From a virus, in the IMG/VR virus record IMGVR_UViG_3300042503_000838, positions 61,843 to 125,842 of that record: a DNA stretch of 64,000 nucleotides. One strand, written 5' to 3'. Below the pieces are notes generated by a model. That model had not been told where the DNA came from. It was given only the letters and a program-made list of their open reading frames with translations, and searched no databases. Both the position numbers and the translations under genes were made by a program. Below, piece by piece: positions 27,667 to 35,386 of the stretch (its first letter is position 1; each line of letters opens with the position of its first letter).

Positions 27667-28009
27667 CCAACAACATCCCATTATTCCGCCACAAGATCTA
27701 CGCAACAAGTGGCTTGATGAGGCGCCAAGTACCAGTGTGTACGACTATCTCATTGACAGCGCAGCACAATGGGGTGCCGACACGGAGCTAGAAGCCTGTT
27801 GTGAGTGGCTTGTAGCACACCAATGGCTTTCGGCATCTGGCGCATGTCTTTTAAATCTTCGTACTGACCGTCGTCCCAGGCCTCTTAGCCTGAAGGAACA
27901 GGCGTTAGCAGTACTTGAAGAAGAACCTGAAGATGCTAAAGAACTTATTGTGTTTGACACAGATCAAGTTAATCTCATCCGCCGCGCACTCGAGGCGTTA
28001 CCTGAATGA
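27659..28009 (+). CDS. hypothetical protein, paralog of 32265..32597
   Basis: HPI.PP...AAQWG.D.ELEACCEW...IRRALEAL shared. Confidence 0.7.
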   Translation: MTNQQHPIIPPQDLRNKWLDEAPSTSVYDYLIDSAAQWGADTELEACCEWLVAHQWLSASGACLLNLRTDRRPRPLSLKEQALAVLEEEPEDAKELIVFDTDQVNLIRRALEALPE

Positions 28010-28203
28010 CTGACAAATCACCCATCAACTTTGATAAGACCATCGCTGGGTTTAACATAACCGAGCATGGTATTAAATCATTCACCAAATCAATTCAACT
28101 TGGTCCGTTCCAGATTACACTTAACGCTAGAGAATCTGGTGTACGTGGATCTATTTCATTGCCTGGCACAGGCTTGAGCAAACGAAACATACGTTTGCTC
28201 TGA
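28006..28203 (+). CDS. DUF4236-like small protein
   Basis: KSIQLGPFQITLNARESGVRGSISLPGTGLS resembles the DUF4236 pattern (SIPGTGLSY). Confidence 0.55.
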   Translation: MTDKSPINFDKTIAGFNITEHGIKSFTKSIQLGPFQITLNARESGVRGSISLPGTGLSKRNIRLL

Positions 28204-28206
28204 TCC

Positions 28207-28235
28207 AAGGACCTGGGATGTCCTTAAACTCATCC
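28207..28235 (+). ncRNA. leader H-type pseudoknot, copy 3
   Basis: AAGGAC-CTGGGAT-GTCCTT-AAACTC-ATCC; stem 1 fully covaried relative to the other copies. Confidence 0.75.
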
Positions 28236-28256
28236 AGTCCAACTCAACCTCATCTC

Positions 28257-28454
28257 ATGAACTCGACCGAACTCCACGCCATGATTGCCCGCATGGACAG
28301 CTATGGCGGCTCATTCGTATCCTCAATAGCACAAGCACTACGCTTTGCTGATCCAAAGAATCGGCAGCGTTTGCTTGATGCATTCCCTGATCTTGTCCAG
28401 AAGTATGGACCTCAAGGTCAGTTTGCCCAAGCCAAACAACTCACACAGGTGTAA
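28257..28454 (+). CDS. conserved phage hypothetical protein
   Basis: YGGSFVSSIAQALRFADPKNRQRLLDAFPD pattern. Confidence 0.65.
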   Translation: MNSTELHAMIARMDSYGGSFVSSIAQALRFADPKNRQRLLDAFPDLVQKYGPQGQFAQAKQLTQV

Positions 28455-28457
28455 CCC

Positions 28458-28706
28458 ATGCAAGTCCTAGCAATCGAAGACACATTCATTGACGGCAACG
28501 ATGTCACAGTTACAGCAGTGGTTGACGAAATGCGTCTCATTCGCAAGTCGACTTACCTCGACCCTGATGAGTACGCTCCTGCACTATGCAGAACAAGCTT
28601 CGAACTGGATGAGGGAGAACAAATCCCTCTTGACGAAGATGGCTTCTGCGATTATCTTGCTTTGCTCAACCCTGACTGGGAATTACTCCCAGTAGATAAC
28701 GACTGA
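28458..28706 (+). CDS. hypothetical acidic protein
   Basis: 82-aa ORF. Confidence 0.6.
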   Translation: MQVLAIEDTFIDGNDVTVTAVVDEMRLIRKSTYLDPDEYAPALCRTSFELDEGEQIPLDEDGFCDYLALLNPDWELLPVDND

Positions 28707-28713
28707 CATCACA

Positions 28714-28741
28714 CGTCCTGGACATGACGCTAAACTGTCCA
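28714..28741 (+). ncRNA. leader H-type pseudoknot, copy 4
   Basis: CGTC-CTGGACAT-GACG-CTAAAC-TGTCCA; TGGACA/TGTCCA. Confidence 0.8.
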
Positions 28742-28769
28742 CTCACTCCGAACCTACTCCGAACTTATC

Positions 28770-30512
28770 ATGCAGTTTCAATTACCCTCGAACCTTCAAA
28801 CAGAACTCCTGGCTTACGATCCCAAGCTCAAGCAGCTTCAACGTGAGCAGAATCCTATATCAACCAAAGCTAAAGCTAAGTTTCCACTTGGTGCAGTCTT
28901 TGATCTGATACCTGCTGATGTTGTTACACCTACAAAGCTTGAGCAAGTAATAACAGATCTCAATGCCAGGGGTGTAGCACATCGCCATACTCAGTTTACC
29001 AAGGTAACAGATATTGCTACACCAAGAGCACGCACTATTACCTATGCCATCATCTATCACTATGAGAAGGTGTGGTATGCAGCATGGCTACCACCCAAAG
29101 GACAAGAGAATGATTATGTATATGGCTATGCATATGCATACAAGAATCTTGATTCAGTACGCAAATCTATTCCAAGTTCGTTGCTTCAAAACAATAGTAC
29201 AACTCCAGTTGAATATGTTAAGTACGGACGCAGTGAGTTCTGTGTTGTACGCCAGAACTTAACCAAGGAAGATATTGCCAACGGCAATACAACTCATTGG
29301 TGGTGCCCTTGCTACGTATCATACGGCAAAGGCGGTAATATCAGGACAGCTATATCCGCATTTGAATCTGCACTTAGCCAAACCATTCCCAAGTGGGATG
29401 ACTCACGTAAATTCTTTGATCGTATTGTCACCAATAATTGGGCTACAATTCTTGGATTAAAACGTTGCAGTAAGTATTGGAATACTTTTGCAGATCCAGA
29501 GCAAGCTATGCGTGATGCAATTCCATCTGCAGATTTGTTTTACGGAATAGCTGATACATACAAGAAGGATAATAATGATTATCACAGCCAAGTATATTGC
29601 ATTGCTCATCGCGTACTGCATATAGTTGGTACACCATTCTTCCGCAAGTGGATTCAATCGCAATGCGATGAAGCCATTGCAATGTTTAATAACCCTGAGA
29701 ACAATCTATTCTGCAAGATAACTCAACCTTGGAATCGTATTGAAAAACTAGTGCAGGCTATTGATTACGTTAATAATATTTGGCCGGACTGCCCTGTTGA
29801 TTTCTATCAGAACCATATTGAATATCTAATTGGCACACGACTTGATCGTTACGTAGGTGAAAAGGCAAAGACTTGGTTGTGCACACATATGCAACCAGCT
29901 TCCTTCTTTCATATCCTCAAGAAAAACTACGAAGATCAGATCAATGATAAATCCAGTAGCTTGTCTTACTACACAAGCACTGAGATAGGCAAGCTTACAT
30001 TCTATTTAACTGAATGGAATGACTCACTATCAATGCTTGATGATGTGCTCAACAATGACATGACCATTGATCCGCCAAGGCGTTGGCGCCTGACTGAGTT
30101 CCATGATCATGTGCAAGCAGAAGCATGGAAGATCAAGCATCCAAACGCTAGCCTGCCCCAGGATCTATTCCCCTCACCTGTCAAGGTTGAAGTGGGTGAT
30201 GAACGCTGGTCATTCTTCCAGCCTCATGACACACATCAATTGTCAGCATGGGGCCAGGCCGTACGTAATTGCGTCGGCAATGCCAGTGAGTATGCCACTG
30301 GTGTACGCAAGAAGAAACATTTCATTGTGCTCTGTATGGTTGACGGCAAACCTCAGTTCACTGTCCAACTCAAAGTTGAGATGGGCATGATGAGCGTTAG
30401 CCAGATCGTTGGTACATCCAACCAGCGGTTGACGCAAGAGCAGAAGGATTCCTACACAGAAGCCTTTGGCAAAGCGTTGAAACTTCAAGCAGATGCGCTA
30501 GAGTCTGTCTAG
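28770..30512 (+). CDS. PcfJ-like domain protein
   Basis: C-terminal EFHDH...LSAWGQAVRNCVG..YA....K.HFIV pattern typical of PcfJ-like phage proteins. Confidence 0.65.
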   Translation: MQFQLPSNLQTELLAYDPKLKQLQREQNPISTKAKAKFPLGAVFDLIPADVVTPTKLEQVITDLNARGVAHRHTQFTKVTDIATPRARTITYAIIYHYEKVWYAAWLPPKGQENDYVYGYAYAYKNLDSVRKSIPSSLLQNNSTTPVEYVKYGRSEFCVVRQNLTKEDIANGNTTHWWCPCYVSYGKGGNIRTAISAFESALSQTIPKWDDSRKFFDRIVTNNWATILGLKRCSKYWNTFADPEQAMRDAIPSADLFYGIADTYKKDNNDYHSQVYCIAHRVLHIVGTPFFRKWIQSQCDEAIAMFNNPENNLFCKITQPWNRIEKLVQAIDYVNNIWPDCPVDFYQNHIEYLIGTRLDRYVGEKAKTWLCTHMQPASFFHILKKNYEDQINDKSSSLSYYTSTEIGKLTFYLTEWNDSLSMLDDVLNNDMTIDPPRRWRLTEFHDHVQAEAWKIKHPNASLPQDLFPSPVKVEVGDERWSFFQPHDTHQLSAWGQAVRNCVGNASEYATGVRKKKHFIVLCMVDGKPQFTVQLKVEMGMMSVSQIVGTSNQRLTQEQKDSYTEAFGKALKLQADALESV

Positions 30513-30563
30513 CGCGCACAGGCTTGCCAGTCGTAGCCTCGATACTAGGGCTGGCATTCATCT

Positions 30564-30788
30564 ATGACTGAGTACACCGACGACCAACTCCTAGCACAAG
30601 CACTCGCCAACATTGGTGAATACATACATACTCATGGCACACCTGATTATGTATTGATTGATGAGCAGGATCCTCGCAATGAGGATGACTACGACACATG
30701 GAGCTATGGCACTGAGCCATTGCCACATGATCACACTTGGCAGCACACATCAATTGATGTGAGTGTAAGTCCAAGTGAGCCCGAGTAG
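30564..30788 (+). CDS. hypothetical acidic protein
   Basis: 74-aa ORF; its 3' end overlaps the tRNA 5' end. Confidence 0.55.
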   Translation: MTEYTDDQLLAQALANIGEYIHTHGTPDYVLIDEQDPRNEDDYDTWSYGTEPLPHDHTWQHTSIDVSVSPSEPE

Positions 30789-30855
30789 CCCAGCGGTAGT
30801 AGGCAAGCGACTTAAAATCGCTACAGCGTGAGTTCGAATCTCACCTCGGGTACCA
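30779..30855 (+). tRNA. trnL: tRNA-Leu(UAA) with encoded CCA and short variable loop
   Basis: GCCCGAG/CTCGGGT acceptor, AGCGA-CTTAAAA-TCGCT anticodon arm, GTGAG-TTCGAAT-CTCAC T-arm, A73, CCA. Confidence 0.9.
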
Positions 30856-30878
30856 ACCTTTCATTCAACTCAAACACA

Positions 30879-31241
30879 ATGAACATCTTTGCCTGCTTCA
30901 AGCACATCGTCCCTGAGTTCCATGCGTACTCAGATCATGACAAGCGCTACAACATTGGCGCCACCTGGACCGCTCAGGATGGCCTGCAAGACTTCCATAA
31001 CCTAGAGCTTCGCTACGTACACAACTCAGAGCGGCTGGCTCTCCAGGGGGATCCTCAGCCTGATGGGAGCTGGAAATACGTGGAGCCCAATGGCAATGTC
31101 CACACCATCAGCGCAGAACGTGCCAAGCACTTCATGGATCAGACCCATGCTCATGCCACCATCATGTGCGACATGTTGGAAAAGTTAAGATCCTCTGGTG
31201 TGATGGGTGATGCACTAGACACCAGCGCTGAACCCGTCTAG
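30879..31241 (+). CDS. hypothetical protein
   Basis: ATG after AACTCAAACACA leader. Confidence 0.6.
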   Translation: MNIFACFKHIVPEFHAYSDHDKRYNIGATWTAQDGLQDFHNLELRYVHNSERLALQGDPQPDGSWKYVEPNGNVHTISAERAKHFMDQTHAHATIMCDMLEKLRSSGVMGDALDTSAEPV

Positions 31242-31260
31242 TATTCATGCGGAATGTTCG

Positions 31261-31289
31261 GACCCCGGCGCAAGTCGGGGTCTTTCTCT
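31261..31289 (+). terminator. intrinsic terminator (GNRA loop)
   Basis: GACCCCGGC-GCAA-GTCGGGGTC-TTTCTCT. Confidence 0.75.
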
Positions 31290-31631
31290 ATGAACCAACC
31301 TAATCTCATTAATCTTGATCTCGTTGATGAAGTAGTCTCCCGTGTTCCAAGTTGGACATGGGCTGCAGTGCGTGACTCACTGGTAGCAAACCTAGTTGAT
31401 GCCATGCCTGGTGCAGTGGTTGAACAACTTACTGGTGACTATGACAACTTTGATCGAGCAGAAGAAATCCTATTGGACTACTACAACCCAACTGAACGCA
31501 ACCGTGATTTAATTATTGATGCATTCAAGATACTAGGTGATGAAAACACTCTGTATATTCTTGATGCATTGCAATTGGATAAGGTTGCTGAACCACAAGA
31601 CAATGCACCTTGCTCTATTGATACACAATGA
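31290..31631 (+). CDS. hypothetical acidic protein
   Basis: ATG at 31290 immediately after the terminator. Confidence 0.6.
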   Translation: MNQPNLINLDLVDEVVSRVPSWTWAAVRDSLVANLVDAMPGAVVEQLTGDYDNFDRAEEILLDYYNPTERNRDLIIDAFKILGDENTLYILDALQLDKVAEPQDNAPCSIDTQ

Positions 31632-31966
31632 GATGTCAATCATGTGACAGCAAGAACACACGTGTTACCTGCACTGACCACAGCGAAACATTTAGTAAAC
31701 GCTACTGCCGCTGTCTCGACTGCGGCTTTAAGTTTCGTACTATTGAGCGTTATGAACATTACCGCCGTGGTCCCAAGAAGGGTGGTAAGCTTGCGGATAC
31801 ACAAGGATCCAACAATGGATTCTCTGTGTTGACTGAGCAGAACATCTTGGACATTCGCAAGTTGAAACGAGAGGGCAAAACTAATTTTGCAATCTCTGTT
31901 ATCTACGGCATCAACCGTGGGCATGTTTCACGTATTGTCAACCGCAAAGTCTGGACTCACATCTGA
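31628..31966 (+). CDS. NrdR-like zinc-ribbon plus C-terminal HTH protein
   Basis: CQSCDSKNTRV...RYCRCLDCGFKFRTIE; LTEQNILDIRKL...ISVIYGINRGHVSRIV. Confidence 0.7.
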   Translation: MRCQSCDSKNTRVTCTDHSETFSKRYCRCLDCGFKFRTIERYEHYRRGPKKGGKLADTQGSNNGFSVLTEQNILDIRKLKREGKTNFAISVIYGINRGHVSRIVNRKVWTHI

Positions 31967-32268
31967 TGACAACCAAAGCTCAATTCATCTATCAAGTTGG
32001 CGACCGTGTTGCCGAACGACCCAAGACTCATGGCTTGATTGCAATCAGGCAAGAGGTTAAGGATCGTATTGCTCAGTACCGCAACCAGCGGTACGGCACT
32101 GTAATTGAAGTGGTCACCAAGCAATTGAAGAGTAAGCGCACCATGAAGATGTTGCGTGTTCAATGGGATCACCTCAAGACACCAACGGAACATGCGCAAT
32201 GTCGCATCTGTCCTGTTGAAGTATTCCCTCAACTCATGGATCAAACCTGTGCATTACTTGGAGAATGA
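31966..32268 (+). CDS. hypothetical protein (KOW/SH3-like)
   Basis: YQVGDRV...YGTVIEV...LRVQWD. Confidence 0.55.
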   Translation: MTTKAQFIYQVGDRVAERPKTHGLIAIRQEVKDRIAQYRNQRYGTVIEVVTKQLKSKRTMKMLRVQWDHLKTPTEHAQCRICPVEVFPQLMDQTCALLGE

Positions 32269-32597
32269 CAATGACTAATCATCCCATCACCCCACCTCGC
32301 GAACTTATGGAGCAGTGGGCCTCGGAAAAATGCTACGACGAACGCGACTGGCTTTATGAATTTCATATTGCCACACGCGCTGCCCAGTGGGGTAGCGACC
32401 AGGAGCTGGAGGCTTGCTGCGAGTGGGTGGAAGATTACGCAGAGTGCGGTAATTCGCTTCGCCTCGCCCGCCGCCCCAAGTCGCCGAGCTTGAACAGTAT
32501 TGCGATGCAGATGCTGGGGACGATTGAGCGCGATGGCCACTACATCCCTGAGATCACTGACACCATCCGCCGCGCCCTAGAGGCCCTCGATGACTGA
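32265..32597 (+). CDS. hypothetical protein, paralog of 27659..28009
   Basis: AAQWGSDQELEACCEW motif. Confidence 0.7.
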   Translation: MTMTNHPITPPRELMEQWASEKCYDERDWLYEFHIATRAAQWGSDQELEACCEWVEDYAECGNSLRLARRPKSPSLNSIAMQMLGTIERDGHYIPEITDTIRRALEALDD

Positions 32598-33078
32598 CCC
32601 CACCCCCACCGACTGGCGAGCGCTGTGCGCTGAGCTGCTGGAGATTGCAGAGATGTACTCCGATGGCGGTCCGGATTACGCTTTATTTGAGCGAGTACTT
32701 GCTCGTGCCCGCGCCGCCCTGGCCCAGCCCGAGCCGCAGGGGCCGACGGATGAAGAGCTGCACGACCTGTGGGATCAGGAAGGCCCTGAGGCTGACTTCC
32801 AAGAGTGCCGCCGCTTTGCCCGCGCTGTCCTTACCCGCTGGGGCCGCCCCGCCATCGAGCCGGTGCCGGAACAGACTGACTTAATTCTTAGGTCTATCAG
32901 AAAGAACACACCGCGTTACAGAATGTCTGTCATTGTTAGTACATATGACAGCGCAATTGACGCCAGGATGCATGTTATCTGGTCTGCTCTTGATCTAAAC
33001 AAAGAAATCCTTGAGTCAGTTTCAATTCCCGAACAACTTCCACCACTGGGCGCTGCCGGTGCCACAGCAGGAGGCTGA
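32590..33078 (+). CDS. modular hypothetical protein
   Basis: TDWRALCAEL / ARAALAQPEPQGPTDEEL / FARAVLTRWGRPAIEPVP modules. Confidence 0.6.
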   Translation: MTDPTPTDWRALCAELLEIAEMYSDGGPDYALFERVLARARAALAQPEPQGPTDEELHDLWDQEGPEADFQECRRFARAVLTRWGRPAIEPVPEQTDLILRSIRKNTPRYRMSVIVSTYDSAIDARMHVIWSALDLNKEILESVSIPEQLPPLGAAGATAGG

Positions 33079-33297
33079 GTGATGGCTGACCTCTCCCCCG
33101 CCGCGCAGGTGGTGCTGGACGCTGCCGATGCGTTTAGCTGTCCTGGTCCAGATGACTGTCTCAACGATGTTTCAAAGGTTGTTGCCGCCGCTCTTCGCGC
33201 TGCTGTTGAGATCTACTCCGAAGAAGGAAACGGTGAAGGGCCTCAGTGGTTTCTCGTTATCGCCGCTGAACTAGAAAACATCCAGCCGCTGAGCTAA
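33079..33297 (+). CDS. hypothetical protein
   Basis: LSPAAQVVLDAA...AAALRAA...IAAELE. Confidence 0.6.
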   Translation: MMADLSPAAQVVLDAADAFSCPGPDDCLNDVSKVVAAALRAAVEIYSEEGNGEGPQWFLVIAAELENIQPLS

Positions 33298-33306
33298 AAA
33301 ACACCC

Positions 33307-33600
33307 ATGGCTAAAGTCAGTTACCTCACCAGGAAGATGTCTGATAAAGACTTCTATCTGTCCCAGGCATCAAGGCCACGGCCAGTCAATGCATTTAGCA
33401 AATACCGTGGCGTAAGTAAAGGCAACAAAGGTATGTATCGTGCCGTGTTGACTTTCAAAGGTAAGCGTTATTACCTTGGCAACTATGAAGATGAACTAGA
33501 TGCAGCACGTGCCTATAACAAGGCAGCGCTTGCAATCATTGGTGACTATGCTTTAATCAATGAACTATCAGAAGAATCCAACGCAATTAAACAACAATGA
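33307..33600 (+). CDS. AP2-domain DNA-binding protein
   Basis: SKYRGV...YRA...KRYYLGNYEDELDAARAYNKAA. Confidence 0.85.
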   Translation: MAKVSYLTRKMSDKDFYLSQASRPRPVNAFSKYRGVSKGNKGMYRAVLTFKGKRYYLGNYEDELDAARAYNKAALAIIGDYALINELSEESNAIKQQ

Positions 33601-33836
33601 ACCCAGGAGAACAACGTTGCCCCAAATGCCACGGTATCATGCGTCTTGTTATGCAAGAGCAGACGTATAACAAACGTGCTAAACGTAAACGTCATGAATG
33701 CTACGAATGCAAACACAGGAGTACAAGTTACGCAGTGAGCGATGAATTCTTTCAGCAGTTAATTGCTGCACATGATATTGTGCAGCGGCTTCAAGGATTT
33801 TACTTTGACCATTGCGATCCATTGGAAGATGACTGA
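33597..33836 (+). CDS. zinc-ribbon protein (NrdR-like N-terminus)
   Basis: CPKCHG...KRKRHECYECKHRSTSY. Confidence 0.65.
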   Translation: MNPGEQRCPKCHGIMRLVMQEQTYNKRAKRKRHECYECKHRSTSYAVSDEFFQQLIAAHDIVQRLQGFYFDHCDPLEDD

Positions 33837-33978
33837 CCCAAAAGAGAGGCTGTGTTCTCAGCAGATTGAAAAACTAATTGAAGACTACAAAGAACCAGGG
33901 AAAGCTAGGCAGTTCCTTATGGATGCCGGGATCATTGATGCGGATGGTAACTTAATGCCACCGTACCAACCTATTTGA
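33829..33978 (+). CDS. small hypothetical protein
   Basis: KARQFLMDAGIIDADGNLMPPY. Confidence 0.55.
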   Translation: MTDPKERLCSQQIEKLIEDYKEPGKARQFLMDAGIIDADGNLMPPYQPI

Positions 33979-34217
33979 ATATGGATTACTCCGTTAAGCA
34001 AATAGCTATTGAATCATGGGAAGCACTTGCTCTTGGCGGTTTAGATACACGGGAGTACGTACATGCAATGCTGTACATCCGCAACGCCTTGGAGTTTGTT
34101 CCAGATGATTTGATGAGTGAGGTGGTGGATGGTGAGTACTCTCGCGTACTGACCTACCCGCCGTCCACCGGCGACGGAATGCCTAGTGACTCCGAAAAAA
34201 CTACGAACGAATCGTAG
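33975..34217 (+). CDS. hypothetical protein
   Basis: 80-aa ORF. Confidence 0.5.
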   Translation: MNMDYSVKQIAIESWEALALGGLDTREYVHAMLYIRNALEFVPDDLMSEVVDGEYSRVLTYPPSTGDGMPSDSEKTTNES

Positions 34218-34259
34218 CACCAAAACCCTTGCACCGCAGGGGATCTGGTAAGATTCAAT

Positions 34260-34287
34260 GGTCCTGGAATGACCTTAAACTTATCCA
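34260..34287 (+). ncRNA. leader H-type pseudoknot, copy 5
   Basis: GGTC-CTGGAAT-GACC-TTAAAC-TTA-TCCA; TGGA/TCCA. Confidence 0.65.
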
Positions 34288-34328
34288 CTGGTTACATTAG
34301 TTTTACTAATCAATCACATTCAACACCA

Positions 34329-35117
34329 ATGCAACTCCTCAAATTTTCCAACGGCAACGGCAAGCTCAAGAACCGTCTGATCTTCTCGCTGCCTGCTGGT
34401 CACTCATGCCCACACGCTGGTGTGTGCAAGACATTTGCTGACCGGGTCACCGGACTCATTACTGATCTGCCCCAGTACACGGGCACAGAAGCAGATGAGT
34501 TCCGTTGCTTTGCTGCCATGGCAGAGGTACGGCCTACCGTTCGTGCGGCACGCTGGCACAACTGGGATCTTATCCGCGAGACTATGCATCGCAATGGGAA
34601 CCAGGCTGTGTTGCTGCGTGACCTGATCGACTTGTCACTCAGTATGCAAGCACCAAAGGAACTGGTGCGGGTCCATGAGTCGGGTGACTTCTGGACTGAG
34701 AATTACATGCGGGCTTGGCTGATGGTTGCTGCCCAGCGGCCCAAGCAAAAGTTCTATGCATACACCAAGTCCCTTGGTATGTGGTACAACTTGCGTGATC
34801 AGATCCCGTCCAACTTTTATCTCACCGCATCTTGCGGTGGGACACTCGATTACTTGATTCCCAAGTATCCGGATGTGTTCCAGCGGGTGGCATACGTTGT
34901 GTACACAGAAGAGGAAGCGGCTGCACGCGGACTTGCTGTGGATCATGACGACAGCCACTGCTTAGGTGACAAACCGTTTGCACTACTGGTACATGGGAGC
35001 CAGCGTGCTGGATCTGAAGCAATGCAAGCTGTTACACAACGCAAGAAGACTGGGGGCTTTGTCGGGTATGGTAAAACATTCCAAAAAGAATCTGTAGAAC
35101 CTTGCGTTGCTAAATAG
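34329..35117 (+). CDS. GP88-like protein
   Basis: NGKL...FSLPAGHSCP...C...CFA...VRVHESGDF pattern of phage gene-product-88 family. Confidence 0.7.
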   Translation: MQLLKFSNGNGKLKNRLIFSLPAGHSCPHAGVCKTFADRVTGLITDLPQYTGTEADEFRCFAAMAEVRPTVRAARWHNWDLIRETMHRNGNQAVLLRDLIDLSLSMQAPKELVRVHESGDFWTENYMRAWLMVAAQRPKQKFYAYTKSLGMWYNLRDQIPSNFYLTASCGGTLDYLIPKYPDVFQRVAYVVYTEEEAAARGLAVDHDDSHCLGDKPFALLVHGSQRAGSEAMQAVTQRKKTGGFVGYGKTFQKESVEPCVAK

Positions 35118-35152
35118 ATGAGGTAACATCTGTCAGTCTTCTTGATTGACAG

Positions 35153-35386
35153 ATGTCTTACATGCTTGCTTGCTGGAGGTGGAATGAACCTTACGGCGTC
35201 ACTGCCTCCAGTTCTTCTAATAAATTTGAACTGATTCCGCTAGACTCAGACTCTGCATTATCCAAGGTCTTCAGTCATCCGTACCGCTCGGGTGCACAGA
35301 AAATCTTGAGCTGGATCAAAGAGAATGACGACAGCATCAACGGTGAAGAACTCTCAATTCAAGATGTTGCCAGGTTCCAAAGATGA
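35153..35386 (+). CDS. hypothetical protein
   Basis: 77-aa ORF; start codon buried in an 11-bp hairpin. Confidence 0.55.
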   Translation: MSYMLACWRWNEPYGVTASSSSNKFELIPLDSDSALSKVFSHPYRSGAQKILSWIKENDDSINGEELSIQDVARFQR

